The position numbers were made by a program, and so were the translations under genes. From an uncultured bacterium (GTDB taxonomy: Bacteria > Acidobacteriota > HRBIN11 > JAKEFK01), in contig CAVZQN010000004.1 in the NCBI GenBank assembly GCA_963777505.1, forward strand, positions 1,836,387 through 1,900,386: 64,000 nt of DNA. The letters run 5' to 3'. Below the pieces are notes generated by a model. That model was not told where the DNA came from, did not search any database, and saw nothing but the letters and a program-made list of their open reading frames with translations. This document shows, piece after piece, positions 1-9,733 of the stretch. How positions within the stretch are numbered: the first letter of the stretch is position 1; every line of letters begins with the position of its first letter.

Positions 1-3000
1 AAATTGTTGGTGAATTATTCCACGATTTTGTAAATAAGAATCGAGCTGCAATTGGAATTGATGTAAGCCAATTAGGTTCTGTTAAAGCTGTAAAAATTAA
101 TGATCGATTGTGGAACATTAGCATTCCTCAAGTTGTTAATGGAATTCCCGTTCGCTGGGGCCGTTATACAGCTACGATTAACAGCGGGAATATTGTTCTT
201 CAAGGTGCTGCTACATGGGGAAATGTTCGCATCAATACAACCCCATCAATCTCCGCGTTTCAAAGCGTGGAATTTGGTTTCAATTATGCGGGTGGCCGTC
301 TTTCCAATGACAGAATGTGGAAAGAGCCAGAATTAGAAATCATACCTATCGCGCCTCCTGCATTCGCAGTTGGTGAACATGGATTCGCTGGAGAAATTGG
401 ATCCGGATATGGACACCGCCTTGCATGGGTATTTGGATTTCAACGTGCACCTGAAAGTCCAAAATGGCAAGTTACAGTCGATGCACACACATCCGAAATT
501 CTTGCATTTGAAGATAAGAATCATTACATCAGCAAGCAGATTAAGGGTGGAGTTTATCCAGTAACAAATACTGAGATCTGTCCTGACAATCCTCGCTGCG
601 GAGTCTTGCAGGACGACTATCCGATGCCTTTTACAAATACAGGTTTTGCCGCGCCCAATGATTTCACGAATAGCGGCGGCGTATTTGATTACACAAGCGG
701 GACAACGACAACAAACTTGACCGGGCCTTACGTTGAAATTACTGATACATGTGGCTCGCATTCCGGAACTGGCTCCGGTGATGTTCTTCTTGGCGGAGTC
801 AATGGGGATCATGATTGCGATTTCGGTACCGGCAACACAACAACTGCTGCAGCCCGTGCCGGTATGTACGAAGTCAACAGAATTTTTGAGACCGGACGCG
901 GTTATTTGCCGGAGAATCCCTGGCTTCAAGGAAACCAGGGTGGTCCTCTCCCAACAAATATGAACATCAATCAGACGTGTAATGCTTTTTACACATTTGG
1001 AGATCCCGGCACGATTAATTTTTATCGGGAGGGTGGAGGATGTCGCAACACCGGTGAAATTGCGGCCATCTTTGATCATGAATGGGGTCATGGGATGGAT
1101 GAGCATGATTCAGCCGGAATCTTTAGCAGCTCAAGCGAAGGATATGCTGACATCGCCGGAATGTATCGTTTATGGGCTTCCTGCGTGGGATACGGATTCT
1201 TTATGTCGGGCAGTCTGGGCTGCGGAGATACGATAGATGGAACTGGTCCCAATAATAATGAAGCACAGCAAGGTGGTGATGTTTGTGATCTCGATTGTTC
1301 CGGTGTACGAGATTCAGACTATTTTAAGATTGCTGGCGGAACTCCTCTCGGAGTCAATTTTGTATGCACAAGCTGTTTCGCTGGTGACAGTGGTCCATGC
1401 GGACGTCAAGTTCATTGTTCCGCAACACCGACACGTGAAGCAGCGTGGAATTTCGTTGCACGCGAATTACAAAACCCACTCGGTGCTGATGTCGATGCAA
1501 ATACTGCATTCATCATCGGAGATAAAGTTTTTTATCAAGGAAGCGGAAATGTCGGTACATGGCATAACTGCTCCTGTCCAAGTACTTCGGACGGATGTAA
1601 CGCTGACGGCGGTTATCTAAATTGGCTTGCAGCCGATGATGATAATGGAAGCATCGCTGATGGTACACCGCATATGCTTGATATTCATGCCGCTTTTAAC
1701 ACGAATGGAATCGCGTGCGCGAATCCTGCTCCGGTTCAAAGCGGTTGTGCAGGCGGCCCTGCTACGCCTCCAGTGTTAACAACACAACCCGGAAGCAATG
1801 CAGCTACCCTCAATTGGACTTCGGTTACCGGAGCGAATAAGTACAACATTTATCGTACTGAAGGTTTTGCAGGCTGTAATTTTGGCAAAACGTTGATCGC
1901 AACCGTAGATAGCCCAAATCTAAATTTCACAGATACGGAAATCGCAAATGGCCGTGAGCATTGGTATGTAGTCATGGCTGAAGGTGCGAATGATGCCTGT
2001 TTCAGCGATGCCAGTAACTGTGCCAACGTCACACCGCAACCTTGTGCAGGTGCCGTGAGTCTTGATAGCAGTGTTTATTCTTGCTCAGACTCAGTAGACA
2101 TTACAGTTGTCGATTCCGATTTAACTGGAGCTGGCACATTGGATGTTTCCGTAACTTCAACGACTGAAACGACACCTGAAGTCATCACGCTAACTGAAAC
2201 GCCCGCATCCTCTGGCACATTCGTTGGTTCAATCGGAACGACGACTGCAGCACCAGCAGATGATGGCCTCATTTCAACTGTGCATGAAGACACAATTTCA
2301 GTCACGTATCATGACGAATCATTCTGCGGACCCGAACAGGATGTAACGGCTACCGCAACAACAGATTGCCTGTCTGTATTGAGTCATACGGACTCTTCCT
2401 TTACAGATTCTTGTACAGGAGGCGGGGCAGGCGATGGAGATGGAATCCTGGATCCTGGTGAAACCGCAACGTTGGAAGTTACAGCGGAAAACACGAGTAT
2501 CACTGACGCAACAGGCGTAACAGCGACACTCTCAACAACGACACCCGGCGTAACGATTACGGATAACGAGGCGACTTTCCCAACGATTCCAGCTGGCGGA
2601 AGCGCAACTTCAGAACCGCCTCATTTCACTATTTCAGTGAGCCCAAGTATTACCTGTGCGACCTTTATTGATTTCACAATCACATATGAAACAAACGAAG
2701 GAAGCTCCAGCGATAACTTCACTGTACTTGTTGGATTAAATACAATCCTTACGAACAACTACAGCTCAACCGATGTGCCCAAAGCCATAACGGATCTTTC
2801 AACGATTATGTCAACTCTTAACGTTGGAGATGGTGGCCCGATCAATGATGTAGATGTTTCATTAACTCTGCTTCATTCAGCTGATGGAGATCTGGATATT
2901 TCACTCATTTCTCCTGATGGCACAACGGAAGTAAATCTATCAAGCGATAACGGTGGGTTCGGCAACGATTACACCGGTACAAAGTTTGATGATGATCAGG

Positions 3001-3992
3001 GTTCACCAATCACTTCCGGAGTTCCACCCTTTACAGGTACATTCAGACCTGAAGGATTGTTGAGCACATATGACACCTCAGAAAAATCGGGAACCTGGAC
3101 ATTGAAAATTGCTGATGATACAGCAACCAATACAGGGAATCTGATTTCATGGGGTCTTACAATCAAGGAAGATACGGCCGTTTGCAATGTTTGCGGTGCA
3201 GGATGTCCTACTATCACGCTGTCACCGCCGACATTACCGAATGGTGCGATCGATGTTGCGTACAATCAAACGATCACTCCAAGCGGCGGAGCGGGTCCAT
3301 ACACATTCGGTGTTACAAGTGGAGCACTGCCGGATGGACTGACTCTTGATCCGAACACAGGTGTAATTTCGGGAACGCCAACGGTTGCAAATACTTTCAA
3401 CTTCACAGTGACTGCAACTGATACAAACGCTTGTACGGGTAGTCAAGCGTATTCGATCACAATCGATCCCGCGCCTGACTGTTTGTTCTGCGACTTATTT
3501 GATGACGGGGTCCTTGCAACAGATTGGACCTATACACCCAATTCGAATGCGTGGTCTGAAACTGCTTCGATCACTGGTTCAACTTCCAGGAGAACATCAG
3601 CTATTGCAAGCCCTGTGTTTGCTGGCTGTTTAAACTGCTATGTAGAAACAGTGATGCGCAGTACGAATGCTGTAGGAGGACAGGTCGCCGTCCTACTTCA
3701 TTATGTTGATAAGCTAAACCTTATTGAACTCGTGATGAGAGTCGATAAGGGTCGCTTTATTCTCAGACAACGAGCTGGTGGATCTGTCGTTGCAAAAGCA
3801 AACGTGAAGATGGAATTAGAACCGAACACGGATTATACGGTTCGAATCACCTACGACGGAACAAATTACGTTGCTTCAGTCGATGGAACGGATGTCATCA
3901 CACTAACACCTGGTGCTCAGGTCACCGAAGGAACCGTTGGCTTTAGAGTCAAAGGAACTACAGGGACCTTCCAGCGAATCGAAGTAAATTAA
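1..3992 (+). CDS. Large secreted modular zinc metalloprotease (M4/M36-like gluzincin) with Fn3-like, proprotein-convertase P and Ig-like (He_PIG) domains; 5'-truncated
   Basis: The frame is open from base 3 to the stop at 3992. HEWGH motif plus downstream SSEGYAD third ligand; P-domain text (HSADGDLDISLISPDG...GTWTLKIAD); Ig repeat (GALPDGLTLDPNTGVISGTPT); Cys-rich. Confidence 0.8.
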   Translation, partial: IVGELFHDFVNKNRAAIGIDVSQLGSVKAVKINDRLWNISIPQVVNGIPVRWGRYTATINSGNIVLQGAATWGNVRINTTPSISAFQSVEFGFNYAGGRLSNDRMWKEPELEIIPIAPPAFAVGEHGFAGEIGSGYGHRLAWVFGFQRAPESPKWQVTVDAHTSEILAFEDKNHYISKQIKGGVYPVTNTEICPDNPRCGVLQDDYPMPFTNTGFAAPNDFTNSGGVFDYTSGTTTTNLTGPYVEITDTCGSHSGTGSGDVLLGGVNGDHDCDFGTGNTTTAAARAGMYEVNRIFETGRGYLPENPWLQGNQGGPLPTNMNINQTCNAFYTFGDPGTINFYREGGGCRNTGEIAAIFDHEWGHGMDEHDSAGIFSSSSEGYADIAGMYRLWASCVGYGFFMSGSLGCGDTIDGTGPNNNEAQQGGDVCDLDCSGVRDSDYFKIAGGTPLGVNFVCTSCFAGDSGPCGRQVHCSATPTREAAWNFVARELQNPLGADVDANTAFIIGDKVFYQGSGNVGTWHNCSCPSTSDGCNADGGYLNWLAADDDNGSIADGTPHMLDIHAAFNTNGIACANPAPVQSGCAGGPATPPVLTTQPGSNAATLNWTSVTGANKYNIYRTEGFAGCNFGKTLIATVDSPNLNFTDTEIANGREHWYVVMAEGANDACFSDASNCANVTPQPCAGAVSLDSSVYSCSDSVDITVVDSDLTGAGTLDVSVTSTTETTPEVITLTETPASSGTFVGSIGTTTAAPADDGLISTVHEDTISVTYHDESFCGPEQDVTATATTDCLSVLSHTDSSFTDSCTGGGAGDGDGILDPGETATLEVTAENTSITDATGVTATLSTTTPGVTITDNEATFPTIPAGGSATSEPPHFTISVSPSITCATFIDFTITYETNEGSSSDNFTVLVGLNTILTNNYSSTDVPKAITDLSTIMSTLNVGDGGPINDVDVSLTLLHSADGDLDISLISPDGTTEVNLSSDNGGFGNDYTGTKFDDDQGSPITSGVPPFTGTFRPEGLLSTYDTSEKSGTWTLKIADDTATNTGNLISWGLTIKEDTAVCNVCGAGCPTITLSPPTLPNGAIDVAYNQTITPSGGAGPYTFGVTSGALPDGLTLDPNTGVISGTPTVANTFNFTVTATDTNACTGSQAYSITIDPAPDCLFCDLFDDGVLATDWTYTPNSNAWSETASITGSTSRRTSAIASPVFAGCLNCYVETVMRSTNAVGGQVAVLLHYVDKLNLIELVMRVDKGRFILRQRAGGSVVAKANVKMELEPNTDYTVRITYDGTNYVASVDGTDVITLTPGAQVTEGTVGFRVKGTTGTFQRIEVN

Positions 3993-4000
3993 TGAAATTT

Positions 4001-4028
4001 TAGGGGCGGGTCTTGGACCCGCCTCTAC
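4001..4028. repeat. GTAG-family REP palindrome (variant), possibly acting as terminator
   Basis: TAGGGGCGGGTC-TTG-GACCCGCCTCTAC matches other copies in the window. Confidence 0.75.
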
Positions 4029-4123
4029 CTTTCTTCTTCAGAACAAATACTAACCACAGAGTCACAAAGCTCAACAACCCGTCAGAGCCTTTAATACCAA
4101 ATGCGTTTGTCGACGGTAAGTTC

Positions 4124-4152
4124 TTGACAAGAAAAGAGATTGTCAATAACAT
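4124..4152 (+). promoter_or_regulatory. sigma70-type promoter with overlapping palindrome
   Basis: TTGACA-17nt-TAACAT upstream of ATG 4190; TTGACAA-N9-TTGTCAA inverted repeat at 4124-4146. Confidence 0.55.
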
Positions 4153-4189
4153 TGCTTCTCGTAGTGTAAGAGTAGGGAATCAGGATTTC

Positions 4190-5632
4190 ATGAAAATAGA
4201 CCGATTCTGGGGCATTAAGACGATCGCGATTTTGGCTTTAATTTTCGCAATTTGTCCTGGTAGCTCCGCTGAAAGTTTGGACTCAGGTTGTTGGTTTGGC
4301 CGAGGTGCGAATCCGATCGCTCCGGATTCGGCTGAGTTCCGCAGTTTTACAGCCGATCAGTATTTCAAAATCCATTTTCCTGCTCATGATTCCTCGTTTC
4401 ATGATGCCGATAGGAATGGCATCCCTGACGCGCTGGAAGCTCAAATTCAACTATTCTCAAAATCGCGTCATTTTGTTCAAACTGTCTTAGGCTGGCCTTT
4501 ACCATCATCACGAATTCAAACGGGTGCGCCACAGCTTGATGTGTATTTTATTTCAGCCGGAAAGAAGTTTTCAGGAGCTGTATATAAAGAGAATTCCTTA
4601 CATATCGTTTTTAACAAAAGTGTTTTGTCACGTCCTGATTTTGCAGCAATCTTGATTCATCAATTTGCGCATGCGGCGGAGCTTTCCTACAAATCATCGG
4701 GTGACTACTGGTTCTATGAAGCAACTGCCGGATGGATGGAAGGACAATTCCAAAACTATTCAACCGCTACATTGCGCGCGCAGCAGCGGCGTTTTGAACA
4801 CCCCGAAATTCCATTGACTGATGATGATCCTTCAAGCGCGCTAGGTTCATCGCGATTTCTTGAATTGATTGCACGCCCAGCAAGGGATGTAATCAGACAG
4901 ACGTGGGAACAATTGTCTTACACACGTGATGGCAGAGCGATGGAAGTTCTGGAAAATGTTTTAAACCTCAACCATCTGCCTTCGCTCGCTTCGTATCTAC
5001 AGAATTACTATTTGATGTTTCCAAAATCTTCATTCAAAGAAAGTAAAGAAGGTGAGTATGAAGTTCAGCCGTATTCTGCATCTTTAGTTGATGGTGATTC
5101 AGATGCAGATTCTGGCGGAGTCATACTGCGATTTTTGCCTTTCACAGAATCAACATATTCAACAAGCACAATGTTTTTCCCTAAAGGTGAAAAAAGCGGA
5201 ATTCTATCGATGAAGCTCGGCTTAAACGGATCTTCATCTACAATGATTCCGTTTGGTGGACTTGATCATTTTCGTTTTGTACTCGTAAACGGTTCTTCGG
5301 ACGTCTTGCGTGGAGAATTAAGGAAAGATAATGATGCCTCGATTCCCGGGAGTCTTGAATATTTTAAAGTCGTACCGGAAGAGAATGGCGTGTTAATTGA
5401 ATGGAAAACGGCACGTGAAAATGGCGTTGCTTTTTGGAATATTTACAGAGTAGGCGATGGGCAAAAAGAAAAACTCAATGTTTTCCCAATCCCTGCTTCT
5501 ATTCAATCTGACGAAGGTATTCATTACATGTTCTATGATTCCTCTTCATCCTCGTTTTATTCACTGGAGGCGATTACTAGCGAAGGTTTTCCAAGCCCTT
5601 TAGGCAATTCTGAATCACTGGAGCGCGATTGA
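4190..5632 (+). CDS. Secreted metalloprotease-like protein (MXAN_6640-like) with HQxxH variant motif and C-terminal Ig/Fn3-like domain
   Basis: Signal peptide after ATG 4190; HQFAHAAE...WFYEATAGWME; C-terminal VLIEWKTARENGVAFWNIYR. Confidence 0.6.
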   Translation: MKIDRFWGIKTIAILALIFAICPGSSAESLDSGCWFGRGANPIAPDSAEFRSFTADQYFKIHFPAHDSSFHDADRNGIPDALEAQIQLFSKSRHFVQTVLGWPLPSSRIQTGAPQLDVYFISAGKKFSGAVYKENSLHIVFNKSVLSRPDFAAILIHQFAHAAELSYKSSGDYWFYEATAGWMEGQFQNYSTATLRAQQRRFEHPEIPLTDDDPSSALGSSRFLELIARPARDVIRQTWEQLSYTRDGRAMEVLENVLNLNHLPSLASYLQNYYLMFPKSSFKESKEGEYEVQPYSASLVDGDSDADSGGVILRFLPFTESTYSTSTMFFPKGEKSGILSMKLGLNGSSSTMIPFGGLDHFRFVLVNGSSDVLRGELRKDNDASIPGSLEYFKVVPEENGVLIEWKTARENGVAFWNIYRVGDGQKEKLNVFPIPASIQSDEGIHYMFYDSSSSSFYSLEAITSEGFPSPLGNSESLERD

Positions 5633-5735
5633 AAAATCCATCGATTCAGGCGCTCGGAAATAGCTTGAACTTATGAATATCTGGGAGGCTCATTGAGCTT
5701 TCCGATATACGCTGCATATATCCAAGAACAAAGTA

Positions 5736-5871
5736 CGAACAACGAATACGATTTACGAACTACGAACGAGCGCAAACCATATTCGCGGGCAATTGCTTTG
5801 GAAGCTTAAATCGAAAAAAGCTTAGTCAGCGGGTTCGTAATTCGTGCTTCGATTGTTTGTAGTTCGTAAAT
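5736..5871. repeat. Inverted short-period (TACGAA-like) repeat pair
   Basis: acgaacaacgaatacgatttacgaactacgaacg on the left; ttcgtaattcgtgcttcg...gtagttcgtaaatc on the right. Confidence 0.55.
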
Positions 5872-5895
5872 CTAAAAGAAAAAAGTGATCGCTCA

Positions 5896-6630
5896 ATGAA
5901 GTCTTCCAGCTCTTCGTCCTGCTTAGGATCGGCAGTTCTTCTGGTCATCGTTTTAATTGCAATCCGCTTCGCGCTCCCAGGCGTCTGGAAAATACTTGCA
6001 GCATTATTCTCTACTGCTTTTTACGGTGGAGTCATCCTTGTTTTGTTGGGTTTGTTAGCGCTTGGATACTTCACTTACAAAAACCTTAAGAAGAATCAAA
6101 TCAAGCAGGTAAATGCCAAGACCGTACGCGTGGATCGTACAGAGGCTCTTTATCAATCCGTTGTTTCACGCTTGAACCAGGATGTCGTATTAAATGAAGT
6201 ATCAGCAGAAGAATTTCTTCAATCGGAGCTATTGATTGGAGATGCGATGAAGTCCGTAAAATTAGAGTTGGCTCGATTGAAGGATTTTGTTTCTCCTCAA
6301 AATGAAAGATTGCTTTCCAATCAAATACGAGATTACAAACAACAGTTCCAGCAAAGTACAGATGAAGCAGCGAAACAAGTCATTGAAGAAAATCTGAAGC
6401 TATTGAATGAAAAGAAGCAAAGGATGGCTGCAGCCGTGGAAGAGGTACGGCAAAAGGAAGCTTCTGTCGATCTTGTATACAACTGTCTGGTTCGTGTTGA
6501 AGATGATTTGAAATTCGGACGTTCTGTGAACAGAATTTTCCCGCCAGAGATTTATACTCGTTTCGGGCTTACGCCTCCTGCGGAATCACGAATCCCGCCC
6601 CTCACGGAAAAAAGTTCGCAGGATAGTTAA
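5896..6630 (+). CDS. Hypothetical membrane-anchored coiled-coil protein
   Basis: Two N-terminal hydrophobic segments and a helical E/Q/K-rich C-terminus; TAATG overlap with the next gene. Confidence 0.7.
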   Translation: MKSSSSSSCLGSAVLLVIVLIAIRFALPGVWKILAALFSTAFYGGVILVLLGLLALGYFTYKNLKKNQIKQVNAKTVRVDRTEALYQSVVSRLNQDVVLNEVSAEEFLQSELLIGDAMKSVKLELARLKDFVSPQNERLLSNQIRDYKQQFQQSTDEAAKQVIEENLKLLNEKKQRMAAAVEEVRQKEASVDLVYNCLVRVEDDLKFGRSVNRIFPPEIYTRFGLTPPAESRIPPLTEKSSQDS

Positions 6631-7172
6631 TGCACATCGTTGAAGATTTATTGCCGTACTGTGAACGGCTTCAACAACGTGATCCTTCCCAAATCGAACT
6701 TGTTGTCATTCATTGTACTGAACTCCCCGATCTGAGTATGGCAAGAGAGTACGGACGAAGAATTATTTACGAGCAAAGTGGAACGGGCGTATCGGGGCAC
6801 TATTACATCGATCGAACAGGTGAAATGTATCGCTTTGTTCCAGAAGATCGAATCGCAAACCATGTAGTAGGGCACAATGAAAGATCAATTGGAATCGAGC
6901 TTATAAATACAGGAAGATATCCAAATTGGTTTTCTGTAAACTCGCAAATAGCAACTGAACCTTATCCCGCAATCCAAATCGAATCCTTAAAACGATTACT
7001 GCAATTCTTGAAAGGTCATCTAATTAATTTGAAAAAGATCGCGCAGCATTCCGATCTCGATCAAAATGAAGTGCCTGCAGATGACAATCCTCAAATTTTG
7101 ATCCGCCGGAAAATTGACCCCGGGCCACAGTTTCCATGGGATGATCTTGTTCGTTTCTGGTTGACGCTCTAA
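6630..7172 (+). CDS. N-acetylmuramoyl-L-alanine amidase (Amidase_2, AmpD-like)
   Basis: VVIHCT, SGHYYIDR, HVVGHNERSIGIEL, HSD...RKIDPGPQFPW motifs. Confidence 0.9.
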   Translation: MHIVEDLLPYCERLQQRDPSQIELVVIHCTELPDLSMAREYGRRIIYEQSGTGVSGHYYIDRTGEMYRFVPEDRIANHVVGHNERSIGIELINTGRYPNWFSVNSQIATEPYPAIQIESLKRLLQFLKGHLINLKKIAQHSDLDQNEVPADDNPQILIRRKIDPGPQFPWDDLVRFWLTL

Positions 7173-7250
7173 CAACTACAAATTATCGAACGAACGGCTA
7201 CAAGATTTTCATTTCGTTGAAAACAGGTTCATCGAGCATAGATTCAACCC

Positions 7251-8303
7251 ATGGTTAGATCGAGTGTTTCTGTCGTGATTCCTATATACAACGAAATTGA
7301 TGTTCTGCCGGAACTCACACGCAGGCTGGAATCGATTATCGCGAAAAACCCCGAATTCAGATGGCACATTATTTATGTGGATGATGGCAGCAGCGATGGC
7401 TCGTCTTCTGTGATGGAAAACCTTAGCAAAAGATTTTCATGGCTTAGCATCATTTTTCTTACACGCAATTTCGGGCATCAAAATGCAACGACCGCGGGGA
7501 TCGATCATGCAACAGGCGACGCCGTTATTATCATGGATGGTGATCTGCAGGATCCCCCTGAATTGATTCCTGAAATGCTTTCCAAATGGAAGCAGGGATA
7601 CGACGTCGTATATGCAACACGAAAAAAGCGCGATGGCGAATCAAAATTCAAGTTATATACAGCCCGGCTTTTTTACAGAATGCTTCACCAATTATCGGAC
7701 ACTGAAATCCCGGTTGATACGGGAGATTTCAGGCTCATGAGCAGACGTGCGATTGATGCAATCAATCAAATGCCCGAACAAAATAGATTTCTGCGTGGAA
7801 TGGTCAGCTGGATCGGATTTAAACAGACTGCAGTTCATTACGAAAGGGACCGCAGATTCAGTGGAAATACAAAGTTCACACTCCCCAAAATGCTGGGGTT
7901 TGCTGTAAACGGCGTGCTGTCTTTCTCAACTTCTCCACTCCACTCAATCATGATGCTGGGTGTTCTCTTTACTGGACTCGGTTTTGCAGGATTTATCGGC
8001 TTACTCATCAAGCTATTTATGCTAAATTCGGCATCGGCCGGTTGGGTTGTAGCCATCATTGTAATAATTTTTGTTAGTGGAATTCAATTGTTTTGCACTG
8101 GAGTCATTGGAGAATACATATCAAGAATTTTCGATGAAGTTCGGAGGCGGCCTTTATATCTTATACAAAATATTAAAGGCCAACTTACACAGAAATCCGA
8201 AAATAAATTGAAGGAGGCTTATTTAGCCCGGACCGGTACCGCGAACTGGGAAGCTGGTCAAGTACGGTTTTTTGAGGATCTGCAGCGAACTCGTCCCAGG
8301 TGA
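7251..8303 (+). CDS. GT2 glycosyltransferase (GtrB/ArnC-like polyprenyl-phosphate glycosyltransferase)
   Basis: VDDGSSD, RNFGHQ, MDGDLQDPPE, GDFRLMSR motifs; two C-terminal TM helices. Confidence 0.9.
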   Translation: MVRSSVSVVIPIYNEIDVLPELTRRLESIIAKNPEFRWHIIYVDDGSSDGSSSVMENLSKRFSWLSIIFLTRNFGHQNATTAGIDHATGDAVIIMDGDLQDPPELIPEMLSKWKQGYDVVYATRKKRDGESKFKLYTARLFYRMLHQLSDTEIPVDTGDFRLMSRRAIDAINQMPEQNRFLRGMVSWIGFKQTAVHYERDRRFSGNTKFTLPKMLGFAVNGVLSFSTSPLHSIMMLGVLFTGLGFAGFIGLLIKLFMLNSASAGWVVAIIVIIFVSGIQLFCTGVIGEYISRIFDEVRRRPLYLIQNIKGQLTQKSENKLKEAYLARTGTANWEAGQVRFFEDLQRTRPR

Positions 8304-8354
8304 TTCTCTCAAGTTCAATGGCAATCCGATCGATGCATTCAATAGGAGTGTGCA

Positions 8355-8627
8355 ATGAAGTGGATAAAAACGACTTTGACAGCAATTCTGATTGCGACTT
8401 TCGTTATAACTCTTTTTGCGTTGGAACAAGAACCACCCAACGATAATCAAAATCTGAACATTAACCTGAACGAAAATTTGGCGTTGAACTTCAATCAAAA
8501 CATCAACATAAATGAGAATTCAAATTTGAATATCAACGACAATTTCAATCTAAACGTAAACAGTAATCAGAACGGTAACAATAATCCAAATCTAAACGTG
8601 AACATAAACGAAAATCAGAGCTTTTAA
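8355..8627 (+). CDS. Small secreted Asn-rich protein with (N-x)n repeat
   Basis: AGGAG RBS; signal peptide MKWIKTTLTAILIATFVITLFA; 30 Asn in the last 62 residues. Confidence 0.75.
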   Translation: MKWIKTTLTAILIATFVITLFALEQEPPNDNQNLNINLNENLALNFNQNININENSNLNINDNFNLNVNSNQNGNNNPNLNVNINENQSF

Positions 8628-8640
8628 TAGGAAGAATTTT

Positions 8641-8710
8641 GTGGCGGGTCTAAGACTCTCCTGCGTGAATTAAGTTTCAAATTTCGGGCGGGTCTAAGAC
8701 CCGCCCCTAC
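8641..8710. repeat. REP doublet (degenerate copy plus intact inverted GTAG REP)
   Basis: gcgggtctaagactc at 8644 and cgggcgggtctaagacccgcccctac at 8685-8710, between convergent genes. Confidence 0.8.
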
Positions 8711-8734
8711 GAAAAAATGCCCTACTACCTTAGC

Positions 8735-9721
8735 TTACTGAACTAATGTAATGCTTTGAACAAGACTTCTTACTGTTGTGCTTCCAGACTTCGCGCTAAC
8801 TCTCCAGAAAATTTTCCCTTCAGGCGAATTTCTCTGGATCGTTTTTAGTGCATTCAATCTGGCGCCAGGTCCCATAAATATGGCAAGCTTCGTGGCGTTA
8901 TTAAACTTCTTAAAACCTTGCGTAAACGCGGCGTTCCCTGCGAGTTCCAAGACAAAAGCTGTGAGTGAAAGCGTGTTATTTTGTTCCCAGCGAAAAGTGA
9001 TTCCGGCTGCTGCCTGCGTTCCTGTTCCTACAAGAACTCTGTGTGAAGTATTGTTCAGTGGCGAAATAAGCTTTGGGGTAGTAAAAGTATTCTGCCTGGC
9101 TCCATAAAGAAATTTGCCAGCCTCTTTGTCATCTGGATCGAGAGTCTCTCCAATGTCACCCGCTTGCGCTGAAAAAAACATGGTCGCTGTTGGTACTGCT
9201 GAATGGCCAATTCCTACAGAATGCCCAAGTTCATGAACGGCAACAGGTAAGATTTTATAGACATTATTGTTTGGATTCGAGGGACCCATTGTCCATCTAA
9301 AATCTCTGTTATTGAAATGGATGTCTCCTTCAATTCTGGTGCCGGTATCGTTCGTAAAGAAAAATGCTTCACAGAATGCAAGTGTAGAAGATCCCGCTCC
9401 AAAATTTCCTTTGTCAAATATGATCGCGTTGATTAAATCTCCTCCATCAACTGTGCCTGTTGTTCCTGCGAATCGAAACTTCAGTGGTGATACAGGATTC
9501 CAGCGATTTAAGGCAAGTTTCAACTGGTTCCTCTCATTTGTTCCAGGAATGTCTGTAGTGCCAGCTGTGTGAATAAGATACCCGACTGGAAATTCTGAAG
9601 GAGACCATTCAAAGGTCGAATCAACTCCTCTGCCTTGTGCAGTAATCAGCTCAAAGCTGTACATATTTGAAGAAAATAAAAGTACGGCAAAAATTGCAAA
9701 AAATATTTTCGTTTTCATCAT
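8735..9721 (-). CDS. Matrixin-family (M10) secreted metalloprotease
   Basis: Signal peptide; HELGHSVGIGHS metzincin motif and Met-turn (ATMF). Confidence 0.85.
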   Translation of the reverse strand: MMKTKIFFAIFAVLLFSSNMYSFELITAQGRGVDSTFEWSPSEFPVGYLIHTAGTTDIPGTNERNQLKLALNRWNPVSPLKFRFAGTTGTVDGGDLINAIIFDKGNFGAGSSTLAFCEAFFFTNDTGTRIEGDIHFNNRDFRWTMGPSNPNNNVYKILPVAVHELGHSVGIGHSAVPTATMFFSAQAGDIGETLDPDDKEAGKFLYGARQNTFTTPKLISPLNNTSHRVLVGTGTQAAAGITFRWEQNNTLSLTAFVLELAGNAAFTQGFKKFNNATKLAIFMGPGARLNALKTIQRNSPEGKIFWRVSAKSGSTTVRSLVQSITLVQ

Positions 9722-9733
9722 CGCCTCCGTGAC

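Noticed and set aside
333-1106. 257-aa antisense ORF and the many other short overlapping ORFs in the track
   Set aside because: They lie opposite or inside well-supported genes and show no motifs or RBS.
5896-7172. Holin-endolysin pair or prophage remnant
   Set aside because: No phage genes are nearby, the amidase is AmpD-like, and the membrane protein is large and coiled-coil.
8318-8340. sigma54 promoter for the Asn-rich gene (TGGCAA...TGCA)
   Set aside because: The GG-to-GC spacing is 13 nt rather than the required 10.
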